DNA of 64,000 nucleotides. Origin: Octopus bimaculoides. Its lineage: Eukaryota. Of this stretch, positions 40,701 to 54,237 are shown in pieces (position 1 is the first letter of the stretch; the number at the start of each line of letters is the position of its first letter). The stretch is from positions 86,881,207 through 86,945,206 of the forward strand of contig NC_068984.1 of assembly GCF_001194135.2 (NCBI RefSeq). Reading direction: 5' to 3'. The notes beneath the pieces are model-generated. The model saw only the letters and a program-made list of their open reading frames with translations. It was not told the origin of the DNA and searched no databases. Position numbers and translations under genes: made by a program.

Positions 40701-41559
40701 GTGATAGTCTCCTTCAGTTGATTTGTTAAACTTTGATCTCTCAGACAAAATTCTATTTCTGAATCATCTGATATTTTTCATTCATTTCAAAGTCTTTTAC
40801 AGTGTCACTTTGAGTGATATCGTAATTTTTGTGGTGTAAGAACATTTGGAGATGGTGCCCTATTCATTTAATGAACATGAAATATATATATATAAAGAAG
40901 ACTTGTATTTACATATCGAGGATGTTGGGTTTTTAAAGTGTCAGGTTGTAGATGATAGTGTAAAGCAACCTGTTGAACTTCCTGAACGGCACACCTAATG
41001 AAAAATTACCTTGAATTTTTTTAGTTGTGCATCCTACTTGACAATGAGCCATGTCTTATGTGGCCCGCTTCTTGAAAAAGGTTGCCTCTGCTTGGTATAA
41101 TGTAAGCAGAATTTCCAAGTTTCCACAAACTGCAGGAAGTGCCAGATAGGAAATGACACAACTATGGTTTTACTTCAACAGAAATAAATAAGCTACAAAT
41201 TTATAAGATAAATTTTTTTTTTTTAATCAATATACTTGGAAAAGTGACATTGTATATGAGTGGCTGACTTGTATCCTCTGCAATGTCTTTCCTTTTTGTT
41301 TTTCTATTTCTTTGTAACAATGAGGTAATGTTCAGATTATTTTTACATGTCTAACAAGTATTGTATAGTGTTTCCTTTAAGTCAATTCTTCATTTCTTTC
41401 TTTCATGTCTTTTTTTTTTTTTTACCTGCTAAAGTTGATCCTATTCTGGATGAAAATCATGATTTCCCCATGTTTCATTGGTGAGGGGTCTCATACTTTG
41501 AAACTTGTATTCTGATCAGCCTTGTGTAGGTTTGAAAAACATTTGTTGGTTTGATAGTG

Positions 41560-41940
41560 TTTTTATTTCTGTGATACTGATTTTAATTGCAATAATATTT
41601 CTGATTTCCATTGTTCATTTACCATTTAGTACTATAATGATGTTGAGGTTTGAGGATCTTTGAAAATGCCTGAATGTGATATCTGCTTCCTGTGAGCATG
41701 CTGATAGAAGGATGTTGACATAATTATTGTCAGTTTTTTCCTATTGGTTACACTATCACATTTCTCTATCAACAGGCTGTGCAGATCAAATTCATTCTTA
41801 GCTATAAGAATGGTATCATTGAAGATTGTTGATCATATGTCCTTCAGTTTTCAAACCTGAATTCTATTCTCTTTGTGTAGTCATTGTACAAGGAAATCAG
41901 GACACACATACATCTTTGTTGTACACCTTTCTTGACACTC
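41560..41940 (-). mobile_element. Ancient RTE-like LINE RT remnant (may extend to about 43.3 kb)
   Basis: Frameshifted motifs KKGVQQRC, GHMINNL and DTILIAKNEFDLHSLL correspond to the KGVRQGC and INNLRYADDTVLIA motifs. Confidence 0.5.
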
Positions 41941-44900
41941 TGAAAACAACTGATTTCTTTGTTAAAACTTAATCAGTATGTTCTCATTGCATGCTTGTAA
42001 ACATCCTGATATTTGCTTGCAATTTCCTTAAATACTGAAATGAGTTATTGTTAGTTGAATAAAAATTTTCTCATTTATTAATCCCATTTATAGAAAGTAT
42101 ATTTACATTTACACTTCTTTTCAATCAGTTTGATTTTTGAGTGTCAGCTAATGTTTTAATATTTGAATATGAGCATTCATCCCAAGCTGTATTTGAACAA
42201 GGAACTTTATTTCTATATAAGTGAAGTAAATAAGTACTCTAAAGATGAGATTAATACTCTAGAAAATTATCATCTGAATCTATTTTCAGCATTTCTGTTG
42301 TCAAAGTGTGTGTGTATATAGTCATCATTTGATGGTGATAAGGAATTGTAGCTGATGTATTTGATGTAGAAGGAGCTGAATATAAATTTCATGAAACTGT
42401 CATGTACTTTGTCTATTCCTTTCATGATTTTGTAGCTTTCTTTATCTTGATTCTAAGTGGAACTTTCCTTACATGACTCAAAAGAGGCATGGTTTTGAGA
42501 AGTGTACACTTAATGTCATCTGACTTCCATGATACTGTCAAGAAAATCAAAAGCAGGATCTTGCATTTTCCTCACTGTCCTGTAATTCATAAATTAATTT
42601 TGCATTTGTATATATGTTCAGTTTTTTTTTTCTTCTCTATGCATTTCAGCCGTCTTCTAAGAAGTATGATTCTTTTTAAAATTATTTTGTATCCGAACAC
42701 TTTCATTTCCTCCACAATTATAGAGATTTTAATATATTTGTCCATCTCTCTAGTGTCTTCCTCAAATCTTCACCTCTTTCATTTTTGTTTGAATAAATGA
42801 CCATTTGTCTGGATTTATAGTGCCTGCTTCAGCCCATTTTATATCACAAATACCAAATTGCATATGTTCAATCTTTCTTTATCTTCTTCTTTCCCTGTCC
42901 CATTCATATATATTGATATAATATTCCAAAGTACTAATCAGGAGGTTTTTATTCACTTTTCCTCTCTTGGTATTACTGACAGTAGCTTGATGATAGTCTG
43001 TTGCGTACAGTGGCTTATATTGGACAAGTAGCTTCTACTGAAGCCAAATTCATATTATCATTAAATGATATAAACATTTCCCAGTCTCTTAATCTTGGTT
43101 ATTGTTTGACAATGTTTCTTGTTTCTTTCTGTTGGTTTCTGCACAATCTTTCTGCTAAACTTCTATTTGTACTTACAAGGCAGATCTTTTGGGGAATGCC
43201 TCCAATTTACTTGGTTATCTTTTCTCAAAGCCTCTGGGATACTTTATAGGAAACAAATATAACCAGATGTTGCATCTTACTCCACAAAATTACTTCAATG
43301 ACGACATGAACATTATTTGAAATGACAATGAGTTATTTTGAACTCTTAATCTGAGTTTTAATAAAGATGCAATAGTGCCTGCTCTGATTGGTTTATATTA
43401 TATTATATTGATCAGTATATTGTTTAATCATTTACCTAATGAAGAACTTTTCAGTCTTTTGCATGAAATAATAAAAAAGAAAAAATGATTCTGGTTTATT
43501 TTCAGAGCAAAAATATTCCAAGTCAGTTAATTGTTGATAAAATTAGTCATATGAGTGTCATTCTTGAAATATTAAGCAGCTGCTTTTTATCAATTCATTT
43601 CTTGGGTTACAGCCAAATCTGTCCCCCACCACATCCATCTCTCTTTCTCTTTTTCACTCCAGCTTATTAGGGAGTCAGTGAAACAATATATCTTTCATGG
43701 CTGTCAAGATGATACATCTGCTGACATGTTAGATGTATAACATGCACATTTAATGATCAAAGCACATACATAGATAAATCTCCACACATTTATTCATGAT
43801 TTTATATTTTTTTTTAGTTATATATTTAGCTTCAAATTGACAAAAAAAAAATTAAATTTATTAAAGAAGCCTCTTTTCTATATTACTTGAATATTTTTGT
43901 TTCATTTTGTAAATATGCAAAATTATTTTTTTATAATTTTCTATTTAAAATAGTTTTGCTATTTCTAAACACTTTGTATGTTTCATGAGCAATGAATTGC
44001 TCAAGCTTTATTGATCAATTATCGAGGAAGGACACTCATGGCTTTTATAATAAAAGCTTAATTATTTAAACTTATGATTTTTAAGCATTTTTTTATTTGC
44101 TCTCTGAAAATATATTCTAAAATGTTATGTATCATGTTCAAAAGATTAAAAAAAAATTATGAAATATATTAGTGTATTTATGTATTATTTCAGCAATTCT
44201 ATTTTTTTAGTTGATTCCTTATACAGGCAATAAATTGTAAAGGTTTTAGGTATCTACTAAGTATCACACACACACACATACACACACACACAGAGTTTCA
44301 ACAGCTTCATTCAGCAATATCTATTTTTAGTCACAGAAATGATTAAAGCTTTATAAACAATATATTTTTATATACCATTACAGAAGAAAGAATGAGACTC
44401 TAATTGGAAAGGAAGTAAAAGTATATTTTGGTGATTAAAACTTTATAATGTTTTGGCGTAACTTCTATACATTTATTTGCAGTAATTTCTGACAGCAGAT
44501 AATTAGTGAAAATACACAATTAGAGTTTATATCAACAGTAATAAATAAATCCATTGATGTCTAGCCAAATATTATCAGAAAATGATCATGTAATTGTTTG
44601 CCTGTACTACATCACAGCCAAAACTCTGAATAGATGTTTATATTCTGTATTATAAAACTGACTTGGCTATCTATTAAGTAGTATGTTCAATATGTTTAAG
44701 GAATCAAAGATGTCTTCATTTAGGACTTTCTTATCTCTGATTATATATTTACCCTGTCTGGGATGTATTGTAGTGAGAGACTTGTAAATGTTAAAGACGC
44801 AAAGATTCAAGTAGGAATGGAGTAGATAAAACTGGAAAGATATGGGGTTCTACTCAAGCTGCTAAAGATAGCAGTCAAATGCACCCTAATGTCTTAAATT

Positions 44901-45055
44901 TTGAATAAAAAATGAAGAAAAATCACCTTGGTCATGTAGTCCCTAATATAATAGACAAAATACCAGTTGGCCACTGCTGGAATGCTTTTTGTTATAGGTC
45001 TAGCTTGGGGCTAATCAAAGAGTAGGGTCTTGTCTGAAGGGTATTTTATCTAAGG

Positions 45056-45060
45056 TATAT

Positions 45061-45114
<54 letters not shown>
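45056..45114. repeat. (TA)n microsatellite
   Basis: Read directly; similar tracts at 8705-8765, 37984-38005 and 50080-50121. Confidence 0.95.
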
Positions 45115-45117
<3 letters not shown>

Positions 45118-48100
45118 TTATCAATAGATATTTTAACATAAACTGCAAAGAAAAACTGAAAATTTTATAAAACATCTAATCATAATCTTCGCTTCTTTTT
45201 TTGCAAACCTACATTGTTTCAGAATTCCAGTCAAAAATTCTCACGTCTGAATTGTTATCAGCAACTGTTTTTTTTTTTCTTTTTCTGTAAGAGTTTGCTA
45301 TGGAGCAAATTAACACTTTGCAAGATGTAAAATATTCCAATGAAACACACTGTATATGTGTGTTTTAATTAATTTTGAAAATGTCCAAGAATTTGGAGAA
45401 CTTTCATAAAATCCCTTTTTTTTTTATTACTAAGCTGGTGTTTGGAACTTAGCAGAAGGTTCTTACATAAAAAGGATTGAATTATAATAGAACATTTTAA
45501 TTTAGCTATGGACACTTTAAAACAGGTTTTATATGATACAACGAGGTTGTACAGGTTGGGGTCAAAAGGCTTAATGAATTAATGGCAGTAGTGATATCTG
45601 TAAATTTCTGCATAAGTGTAATCTTCTAGTTGAATAAATGCAGGGCCGAGAGTTAGTTTTTGAAATAAATATATGAAGAAGACATGGCCTTTACAATAAG
45701 TTTTAAAATAAGTTGTCTATAATTTTTCTAGCAAAGATTTTTCATTAAAAACATCTAAAATATAAAAGTTAAGAATCTTTTATGCATCTGACTTTATGGA
45801 ACTATTGATTGAAAAAATACTCATCTTTGACTGAAGACATCTACTGTTTGTTTTTAATTATAATTAAATATTCTGCACTCTGCTTCTAAAGTAATATTTT
45901 ATTCTTTTTTTAAAAAGAATTATAATCACTGGATGAAATAAGTTTTGATTTTTATAGTTTCCTTTTGATGTATATAACTAGTGATGTAAAAAATCCTTCA
46001 GGACTTCATTCTCTAATGAGCTATTTTTAAAATAATAGTTAATACAAATAGGAACACTCTCTTTTGTCTATTACAGCATTATGTCTCGCAATTGTATTGA
46101 TCCAATATTTTAGTGTTATTTTCTTCAGAGTTGAGTGCACAAAACTCTCCTTCTGCTCACTACAATTATACAACCGTCCTATTTGTTTTATGTGATGAGA
46201 AACTGAATTATTTAGCATTGATTTAATCATTTAGTTACAAATTTCTTTTTTAAATCTCATTTTTGTATTTCAAAATCAAAGGATCTTTATGTACCTGACA
46301 ATATTTTATTTTATAAATATATAAAGGTCAGTTCTATTTCCCCAATCAAGTTTTACATTAAAAAAAGAAAAATCAAAAAAGTCTATATAGCCTCATCAAC
46401 AAGTCAACTAAACTGAAGTACTAATTCAAATCAAAATGCAATGAACACATTCTGGTTATATTTATTATTCAAATCTTAGAACTCTTATTGCTACAGTGTG
46501 AAATGAAACTGGACCTATTTTATTCACACAGAACAGGCATAACTAGTTCTGGTTGCCAACTTCTGTTTTTTTTTATTTATTATTTTGTTACTTAAGTAAT
46601 CTTTATAAAATGCTAATCACTGAAAAATGGTTAGTAATAATTAAGTTGTTGAAAAACTTAAAATGTAACTTTTCAGATTCAATTAAAGACAAGTGTTTTC
46701 TCAAAGTGATTGGCTCTCTTGCTTCTCATTCTGCATTATTACAGTTATATCTTCTTTCAAAGAGTACAATCTACTGTTTTATGATAAAGAATTTTTAAAT
46801 ATGATCCTAACTTCAATAATTTTCAAATCTGATGACAAACACTCATGCAGTACAATTGAAATTAACTTTGGAATATTTTGTATGATATTGATTTTTAGAA
46901 GTTAGTCATTTTTATCACTATTTTTTTCTGGATCAAATAGTATATATGTGCCATCATAATTTAGCTTTGTGTGATAAATATCCATATGCATTCAGATGCA
47001 TTTATGATGTACATATACTTACATAGTAGTGTTGCAGTCAAAATTCAGACATTGAAAGGCAAAAGGCTGGGATATTTAGCTAACTCCTGATGAAGTAATC
47101 ATGATTCAAGTTATTCTTCCATAATATCTTTCATAACAAATCATTAGAACAAAAGCTTTACTTGTAATCTTAAGGTTTGTTATTTGAGAATGTTATGCTG
47201 ATCTCTGCTGCTTTCAGTGTTCCTTGGTCTTGTGAAATTTGATTGTTCTGTGACTACAAACTACACACTTAACTAATACTGTCAGCTCACATCTCAAAGG
47301 GTTTTGATTTTCATGCACTAAGCACTTTGTTTCTCTTGTTTTCAAGCATACAATTTGCCTTAAGATACTGCTGAAAGAAAACAATAGATTATAGAGCAGT
47401 GAAATTCTGGTGAAGAAGTGTAACCTATACTTTGCTTGACAAGTTTTACAGTTAATATGACTGACTGAGCAAAGAGTTACAATTGACAACCACACATCTT
47501 TATGTCATGTTGCTGATTCTTTTTTGGTACCTTCCTCAATTGTGTGTTAATACAGCTACTGATACGAAGTTGAACTTTTGGTAGGAAACACAGTTTCTGC
47601 TGCAATTGTTACTTAATTCTTAAGCATGAGGTCTAGATGTGAGATAATATTCTTGAATTTAAGCTTATGGTCAATCTACTTCAGAAGTTTTGAGATTTAA
47701 TATTTGATATATCATCCAATTGTAATGTATATACAAATTTCTACACATCAGCTGGCAAATATAATGACATTCAGTATTATTACTCCCTCTAGGAATGTCT
47801 GTAATGATCATAAAAAAAGCACTACATTGCTACCTATCTGTTTTCTTACTATTAATGTAGTTATCTGTTAACTGTGTCCATCCTGTGAGCTACAAACTTT
47901 TATTTTCATTATTGAGAATAACCTTTCCTTTGCTCTCAGCCTAGGCCTTTTGCACATTTGTACCAAGTCAGTGAGATGCAACCTATCCCCCCCCCCTTCT
48001 CATTGCTCTCTTCCATGAATCTGATGCAATATATGTAGTGTACTGTTGATGTTATCTCAAAGTTTTGACATACTGCTTCTAAGAATAATATATATCACCA

Positions 48101-49004
48101 TCCTTGTGCCTCACAGATTTCCTCTGAATAATTTGTTAAGTCTTCATATACTTTCAAGTTGGGGACAAAAATATGTTGTATATCAATCTCAAGAAGGAAT
48201 GTTACCAAGCTAGTTCTATTAACTTTATTCATCCTACTGACTACTATGCACATGAATTTCTAGTCTCAGTAGATTTTGTGGTTCACTTTTTAACTTGTAT
48301 ATTTTTATTTTTTTTATTCTTCTGGTGGGATATTTGCTTGTACTGCAATCAAACCTATGTATTGCACAATATTGATGGTTTTCTTTATTCTCAGCAATGT
48401 CACCACAAGGAAATGGGATTGGTATATTCCTTCAAATTTATGTGATAAGACTTTTGATGCCTGAAACCCTTGAACTAGAAATGTTTTTGGCAATTAAAGT
48501 CTTTCAGTAGTATTGTACAGTCCTGCTCTTAAAACATGGAACATTTAGCCATTTTTTAGACACTTTGGACTTTTTCAGATTTAGTGGTTTTCTGGTTTGT
48601 AAGAACTGTAACCCTCATTTTACTGTTAGACATAAGGAAAATTTCCACCTCTTTTGAATGAATTATGGGTTTATTCCCATATATACATACTACATTTAAT
48701 TTAAATGGAATCTCACCATTGATTTATGCTACTTTTACAAAAAGCCTAATAAAGCACAGGATATTCTTATGTATAAATATCCAACTACCTGAGGAATATT
48801 AATGATTTAGTTAAAAATGTATCTCTTATATTTTCCCTTCTTTTGCCAATAAACAAATCTGTAACAAATCCTCAATTTACTATTATACTCTGTATAGAAG
48901 CAGAAAAAATTCATTTAATCTTTTATCTAAATTAGTAACCTTATACACAAATTTAACATTTTTTTTTATTTTACTTGCAAAACATTCTCTACAACAACAA
49001 TAAG

Positions 49005-49420
49005 TATTATAGAATTTTTAATATGAGCAGAATTAAGATTTCATATTTCACTACACTAAATCTTAAATTATTGCTTCCAACCTTACTGAATTTAACCTTA
49101 CTGCCTCAACTACAATTCTATGATTCTAATTGTGCTGTCCCTAATAATTGTCCTTTGAATTCTAATTGTTTAGCAAAGTACATAATGTACTAATGTAGAG
49201 TTCAAACTGCAAACTCTGCCAATACATACATTGGCTTTACTGCTAATCTTTTCAAGTTTCATTGCAACCAGCTTACTCATTCCTTCTAAAACTATTAGAA
49301 GCAATGTAGTTATGTTTGGAATTAAAGAATTTAAATATAAAACTCTTCCTGATATCCAAGAAACTGAAATTCATGCAACCTCTGTACAAGAGAGGCTTAT
49401 GAAATTCCTTTTCTTAACAT
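49005..49420 (+). mobile_element. Penelope-like element GIY-YIG endonuclease region (decayed)
   Basis: YRIFNMSRIKISY...NCAVPNNCPLNSNCLAKYIMY*CRVQTANSANTYIGFTANLFK...HSF...CNLCTREAYEI read in one frame with stops. Confidence 0.7.
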
Positions 49421-50073
49421 TTTTATTCTCGACAGGCATTTGAACAGAAAAGCTTCATGCCATCACAAAATTTTCAAGCAATACACATATTTTTAACCCT
49501 TTTCTTCTTACCACAAAAATTATATAAGACATAAACTTCTCCCTATATTTATCTCATTTTACTTTAGCTCTTTACTGCCCTAGTTTGCAAACACATTGTA
49601 TTAATTTCATTGTTGTTTACTTATCATAGTTTCTACATATTTCATACTAAATTTCTCTATTACCTTTTCAACATAATTCAATTTACTTAGGTCCTCTCAC
49701 ATGTCTGTAGTCCTAGTTACTAAATTACTTTACCAACATACAGATATGTCAAGTAATCTCTAATATTCAACCACGCTTTTTCTATTGTATATATATATAC
49801 TAGTACTGATTATCCAGTTCATTAATACATATATTGGTAATTAAGCCTTCACACCTCTCTTCATGATTTTAATGATCAACATTTTTAGTCTTACACTTCT
49901 ATGTAGCTACCTTTCCCTCTTATTACCCTACAGATTTATCCAATACTTTTGCCCTTTATCCTACGTTAATGCTAATATTCAGACCCAGCACTGCTGCTCA
50001 AGACTTCATTTAATATCTTTTTTATAACTCCTGCTCCAAATTGTTTTTAGATTATTTGTTTTTGATATTACAT

Positions 50074-50122
<49 letters not shown>

Positions 50123-50140
50123 ATGTTCATGTATCTGTAT

Positions 50141-50501
50141 GTAGCACTCTGTCGATTACAACGATGAGGGTTCCAGTTGATCTGATCAACGGAACAGCCT
50201 GCTTGTGAAATTAACATGCAAGTGGCTGAGCATTCCACAGACACATGTACTCTTAACGTAGTTCTCGGGGTGTGTTACAAAGCTGGCCTTTTGAAATACA
50301 GGTACAACAGAAACAGGAAGAAAGAGTGAGAGATAGTTGTGATGAAAGTGTACAGCAGGGTTCGCCACCCCACCCTCCCCTGCCAGAGCCTCATGGAGCT
50401 TTAGGTGTTTTTCGCTCAATAAACACATTTGGTCTGGGAATCGAAACTGCGATCTTACGACCGCGAGTCCGCTGCCCTAACCACTGGGCCATTGCACCTC
50501 C
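50141..50501 (-). mobile_element. Full-length tRNA-derived SINE (another family)
   Basis: Minus-strand head ggaggtgcaatggcccagtggttagggcagcggactc...gtttcgattcccagacc with A and B boxes. Confidence 0.8.
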
Positions 50502-52439
50502 ACATCTGTGTGTATATATGACTATTCATTGTTTGGTTGTTTGCTTGTTTTGTATGTATGTATTTTGGCAGGCAGGTAGTATTTTTACATGGAAAAAGTT
50601 GACAGTTAGTTTGAAGTTTCAGATTTGTAACCATCATAAGATTGAATGTCACCTTTTGAATGAATATGTTATTCTACAAATAGGTATTGAGTAATCCTTC
50701 AATTTAATGGGTTTTTTTTGTATAGCAATTCATAAAAAAAAAACGTTTATATGTATTTAAATATATGTTTACACACAATAGTCTCACTCATATATACATA
50801 CACATGTCCATATGCACACACACATACACGAAATGCACATCACTTCACACAATGCACACACACTAGGTTACTTGTATACATACACGCACATGCTCCCATA
50901 CACTGGCCCATGCATTTGCATACACATACACATATGCACACGCACACCAATACATGAAATATGTTACTCCATAAAATGTATGCACTAGGTTACTTATACA
51001 CACATATGGGCCCACATAGTTTTAAGCTTGCCCACACACATATTCATGCACTCACCCACCCTTCACATACACCATTCTTATATAGTCACATGTTCTTGTG
51101 CACTCTAGTTCAGCTGAGTCATTTTTATCTCCTTTTCTCTCAGCCTCTTTCTTCCAGCCATTTTATCATGTTGAACCGTTAATCCTTACACTTCCTTTTC
51201 TCTCTCTCTTTTTTTCCTTGTCTCTCCATTTATGTTTTCCCCTCATTTCTTTCTGTCGAAGAGCGTAGGTTTAAAACATCAAAGACTTTTCCATTCTTCC
51301 TGAGCATCAAACTAATATATCTGCTTGTTCCTTCACCTGTCTTTGTCTTTTGTTTTCTGTAAATTTGAAGTATGTATGTTTATGTATATATGTGTATAAA
51401 TTAAATAAAAATAAGCTAAGAGAAACAACTTAATGGTGTGTATTTGAACAACATAGACAAATGTAGGTATACAACAAATATAGGTATACCATACAACATA
51501 AATTCTTGATTTATTAAAATTATTTGTGCCACTTGAGAATGTGTCATAATTACCAAATGACAATTAAAACCAGCTCTGTATGAGGAGGGGAGATAATTTC
51601 AATCAAGTATTTTCCCGAATTGACATGCCATTAAGGAGTAGAACAGGCTTAATGCCTGGAGATAAGAGGATAGTCATGTACATGTGTTTCTGTTTCGACA
51701 GGCATCATCAGCACAGCAATTGTTCAACCTTATCTCCAGTATATATATATATTATAATTGTGATTATATATTGTATTTTTATATGTGAGTTAGTATTAAG
51801 TGTATAAACTTTGTTTCTCTTGTGTATAGATCTCACTTAATAGTTTCTGTGTACACACACATACATGTAGTTTTGGTATTACAAATGGAAGAAATAGAAC
51901 TCAGTACATAAAGCAGTGTGTGTGTGTATTATTAACTGAAGTTACCTTTGCGACTCGAGACTGTAAATTCACGTCAAAGCTCTTTTCAAATACTTTCTTT
52001 GACCAATACTTTGGGAACAACACTCTCAGCCCTTGAGTCACTTATGGAGCTTTACAGCTAATAAATATATATGGTTGTATAATATCTCTGCTGATATTTG
52101 CTTGTATATCTATATGTATATACTTTTGTATATATTTATATGGATGGATACATAGTTATTGACATGTATCATGCGTGTATATATTTATGACTACATTGGG
52201 GGGTGCAATTCTATCAACCAGCTTTGATTTAAATCTAGTTTCTACCAGAGATACTTTGCTAGAAAAGTTACTTGCCTAGCTTTATCTTCAGTACTTTTAT
52301 TTTAAGCTGTATCATTAATTCTCACATCCTTATGTTTTTTCTTTTTACATAAGTTTGTCCATGGTTTTAGTTCAGTATTTAACTGACAGACTTAAGTTAT
52401 GAATTCTCTGTCTCTTATGGTGTTTACTTGTGTACTGAG

Positions 52440-52872
52440 GATGATGTACTCTGTCTCTGAATGCAGGAGTTGATGTATCATCAAGCAGTTAAAACAGCTC
52501 TGTAGGTGTTTGGTCCCCTTTCACTGCAACACCACAGCTGCCCACTGATCTAACTGACAAAACTCCTTTACAACTTTATGAGCTTTGTTGAGTCAGATGT
52601 TGCAACTCTTGAACTAGATGTCTCTACCATTCTCAATGTTCACTCTTTCTGCATCACTGGTCCTCTCTCTTAAGCCAGTTGAACTGGCTTGTTTTCTCAA
52701 CAGCTCCAGACTGTTTTCTGGCAACAACTTTTGCCTCCATCACATCTAGACCAAGACTCCCAAGCACCAAATGAACCTTTGTTCGAACAAATCTTCTAAC
52801 ATCAATCTCTACAGGAAGGCAAAATGCCTCCTATCTGTTGTTTTACCAGAGTTCAACCAACTTGCTGTATTT
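52440..52872 (-). mobile_element. 3' end of a Hero/R2-like non-LTR retrotransposon (restriction-like endonuclease C-terminus plus 3' UTR)
   Basis: 52872-52654 translates KYSKLVELW*NNR*EAFCLPVEIDVRRFV...LGSLG...AVEKTSQFNWLKREDQ*, resembling the KY..L..GW...PVEVG.RGF...AE.AS.W.W.KR pattern. Confidence 0.6.
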
Positions 52873-53044
52873 CCCTATAATTTTTTTCTGTACTACTAGG
52901 GTCTAGTAAGAGTCTAAATTTTATTTTCTGTTTTATCTTTTATTTGCTAGATTTATACAATTACACTATTGTATTTAGTATAAATTCAGTCACATATCTG
53001 TAGTTTTAATTGGTATATAATGTATAGGGAAGTTATGTTCATTT

Positions 53045-53282
53045 AAATAACAACAATAATAATAATGGCTTCAATTTTTGGCAAAAGGCCTGCTAGTTCA
53101 GGGTAGTGGGTAAGCCAATTACATCGACCCCAATGCTCCACGGGAACTTATTTTATCAACCCTGAAAAGATGAAAGGCAAAGTTGACTTTAGTGGAATTT
53201 GAACTCAGGATGTAAAGACTGACTAAAAGCCACTGAGCATTTTGCCTGGCATGCTAACCATTCTACCAGCTCACTACCTTCT
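53045..53282 (-). mobile_element. SINE family A copy, near full length
   Basis: Reverse complement of the family consensus with an (att)n tail. Confidence 0.75.
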
Positions 53283-53875
53283 TAATAATAATAATAATAA
53301 TAATGCTATTTTTTTTTTATAATTTGATATTACTTTCCTAATATACATATTTTTAAAAATCATTTCTGTAGAGTACTTTTTTATGTACAAATACTCCTTG
53401 TTATAATTGTATAGAGTTTATATACTTGTTTATTTTTTTCTATACATATAATCTATATGTTTAGAGTATGAAAGTATTAATAATGTTGTATGTGTGTGTG
53501 TATGTTTATATATAATTGTGTATGTATGACAAATTTATGTGTGAATGTGTGTATATAAGTGTGTGTGTGTGTGTGTATTATATAAAAAATGGAAGACTCA
53601 CATACAGTACTTCATATATCTCGGCACCTGGCAAACCATAGATATAAAGTTACTTGATTACTGATCATTAATCAACACCTGTTGTACCATTCGTCAGCTG
53701 TTGTGTGAAGCTTCTCACATGTTTGCATAATATAATAGATATATTCCTCTTTTTCAATAAAACTGTGATTTACTTCTTTTGATATTACACACGAGTAACC
53801 GTTATACACACACACAGCTTTTGACAGTCCACTAATTTTATACATTAAGTTAGCATCTTCAATTTTATATTAGAC

Positions 53876-54237
53876 TAAGGTTCTGAGTTCAAATTCCGCC
53901 GAAGACAACTTTGCCTTTCATCTTTTCGAGGTCGATAAATTAAGTACCAGTTATGCACTGGGGTCGATGTAATCGACTTAATCCCGTTGTCTGTCCTTGT
54001 TTGTCCCCTCTATGTTTAGCCCCTTGTGGGCAATAAAGAAATAAGAAACGTTAGCATGCCGGGCGAAATGCTTTGCAGTATTTCGTATGTTTTTACGTTT
54101 TGAGTTCAAATTGACTTTGCTTTTCAAACTTTCGGGGGTCAATAAATTAAGTACCAGTTGCGTACTTGGGTCGATCTAATCTACTGGCCCTGTCCCCCTC
54201 AAATTTCGGGCCTTGTGCCTAGTGTAGGAAAGAAAAC
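53876..54237 (+). mobile_element. Dimeric SINE family A element
   Basis: Two core units separated by an ...agccccttgtgggcaataaagaaataagaa linker; 12-bp TSD tttatattagac (53864-53875, 54238-54249). Confidence 0.8.

Noticed and set aside
40300-41100. Possible Tc1-like transposase remnant on the minus strand (similar hints at 13600-13920 and 17640-17930)
   Set aside because: Motif resemblance too weak to support without a profile search
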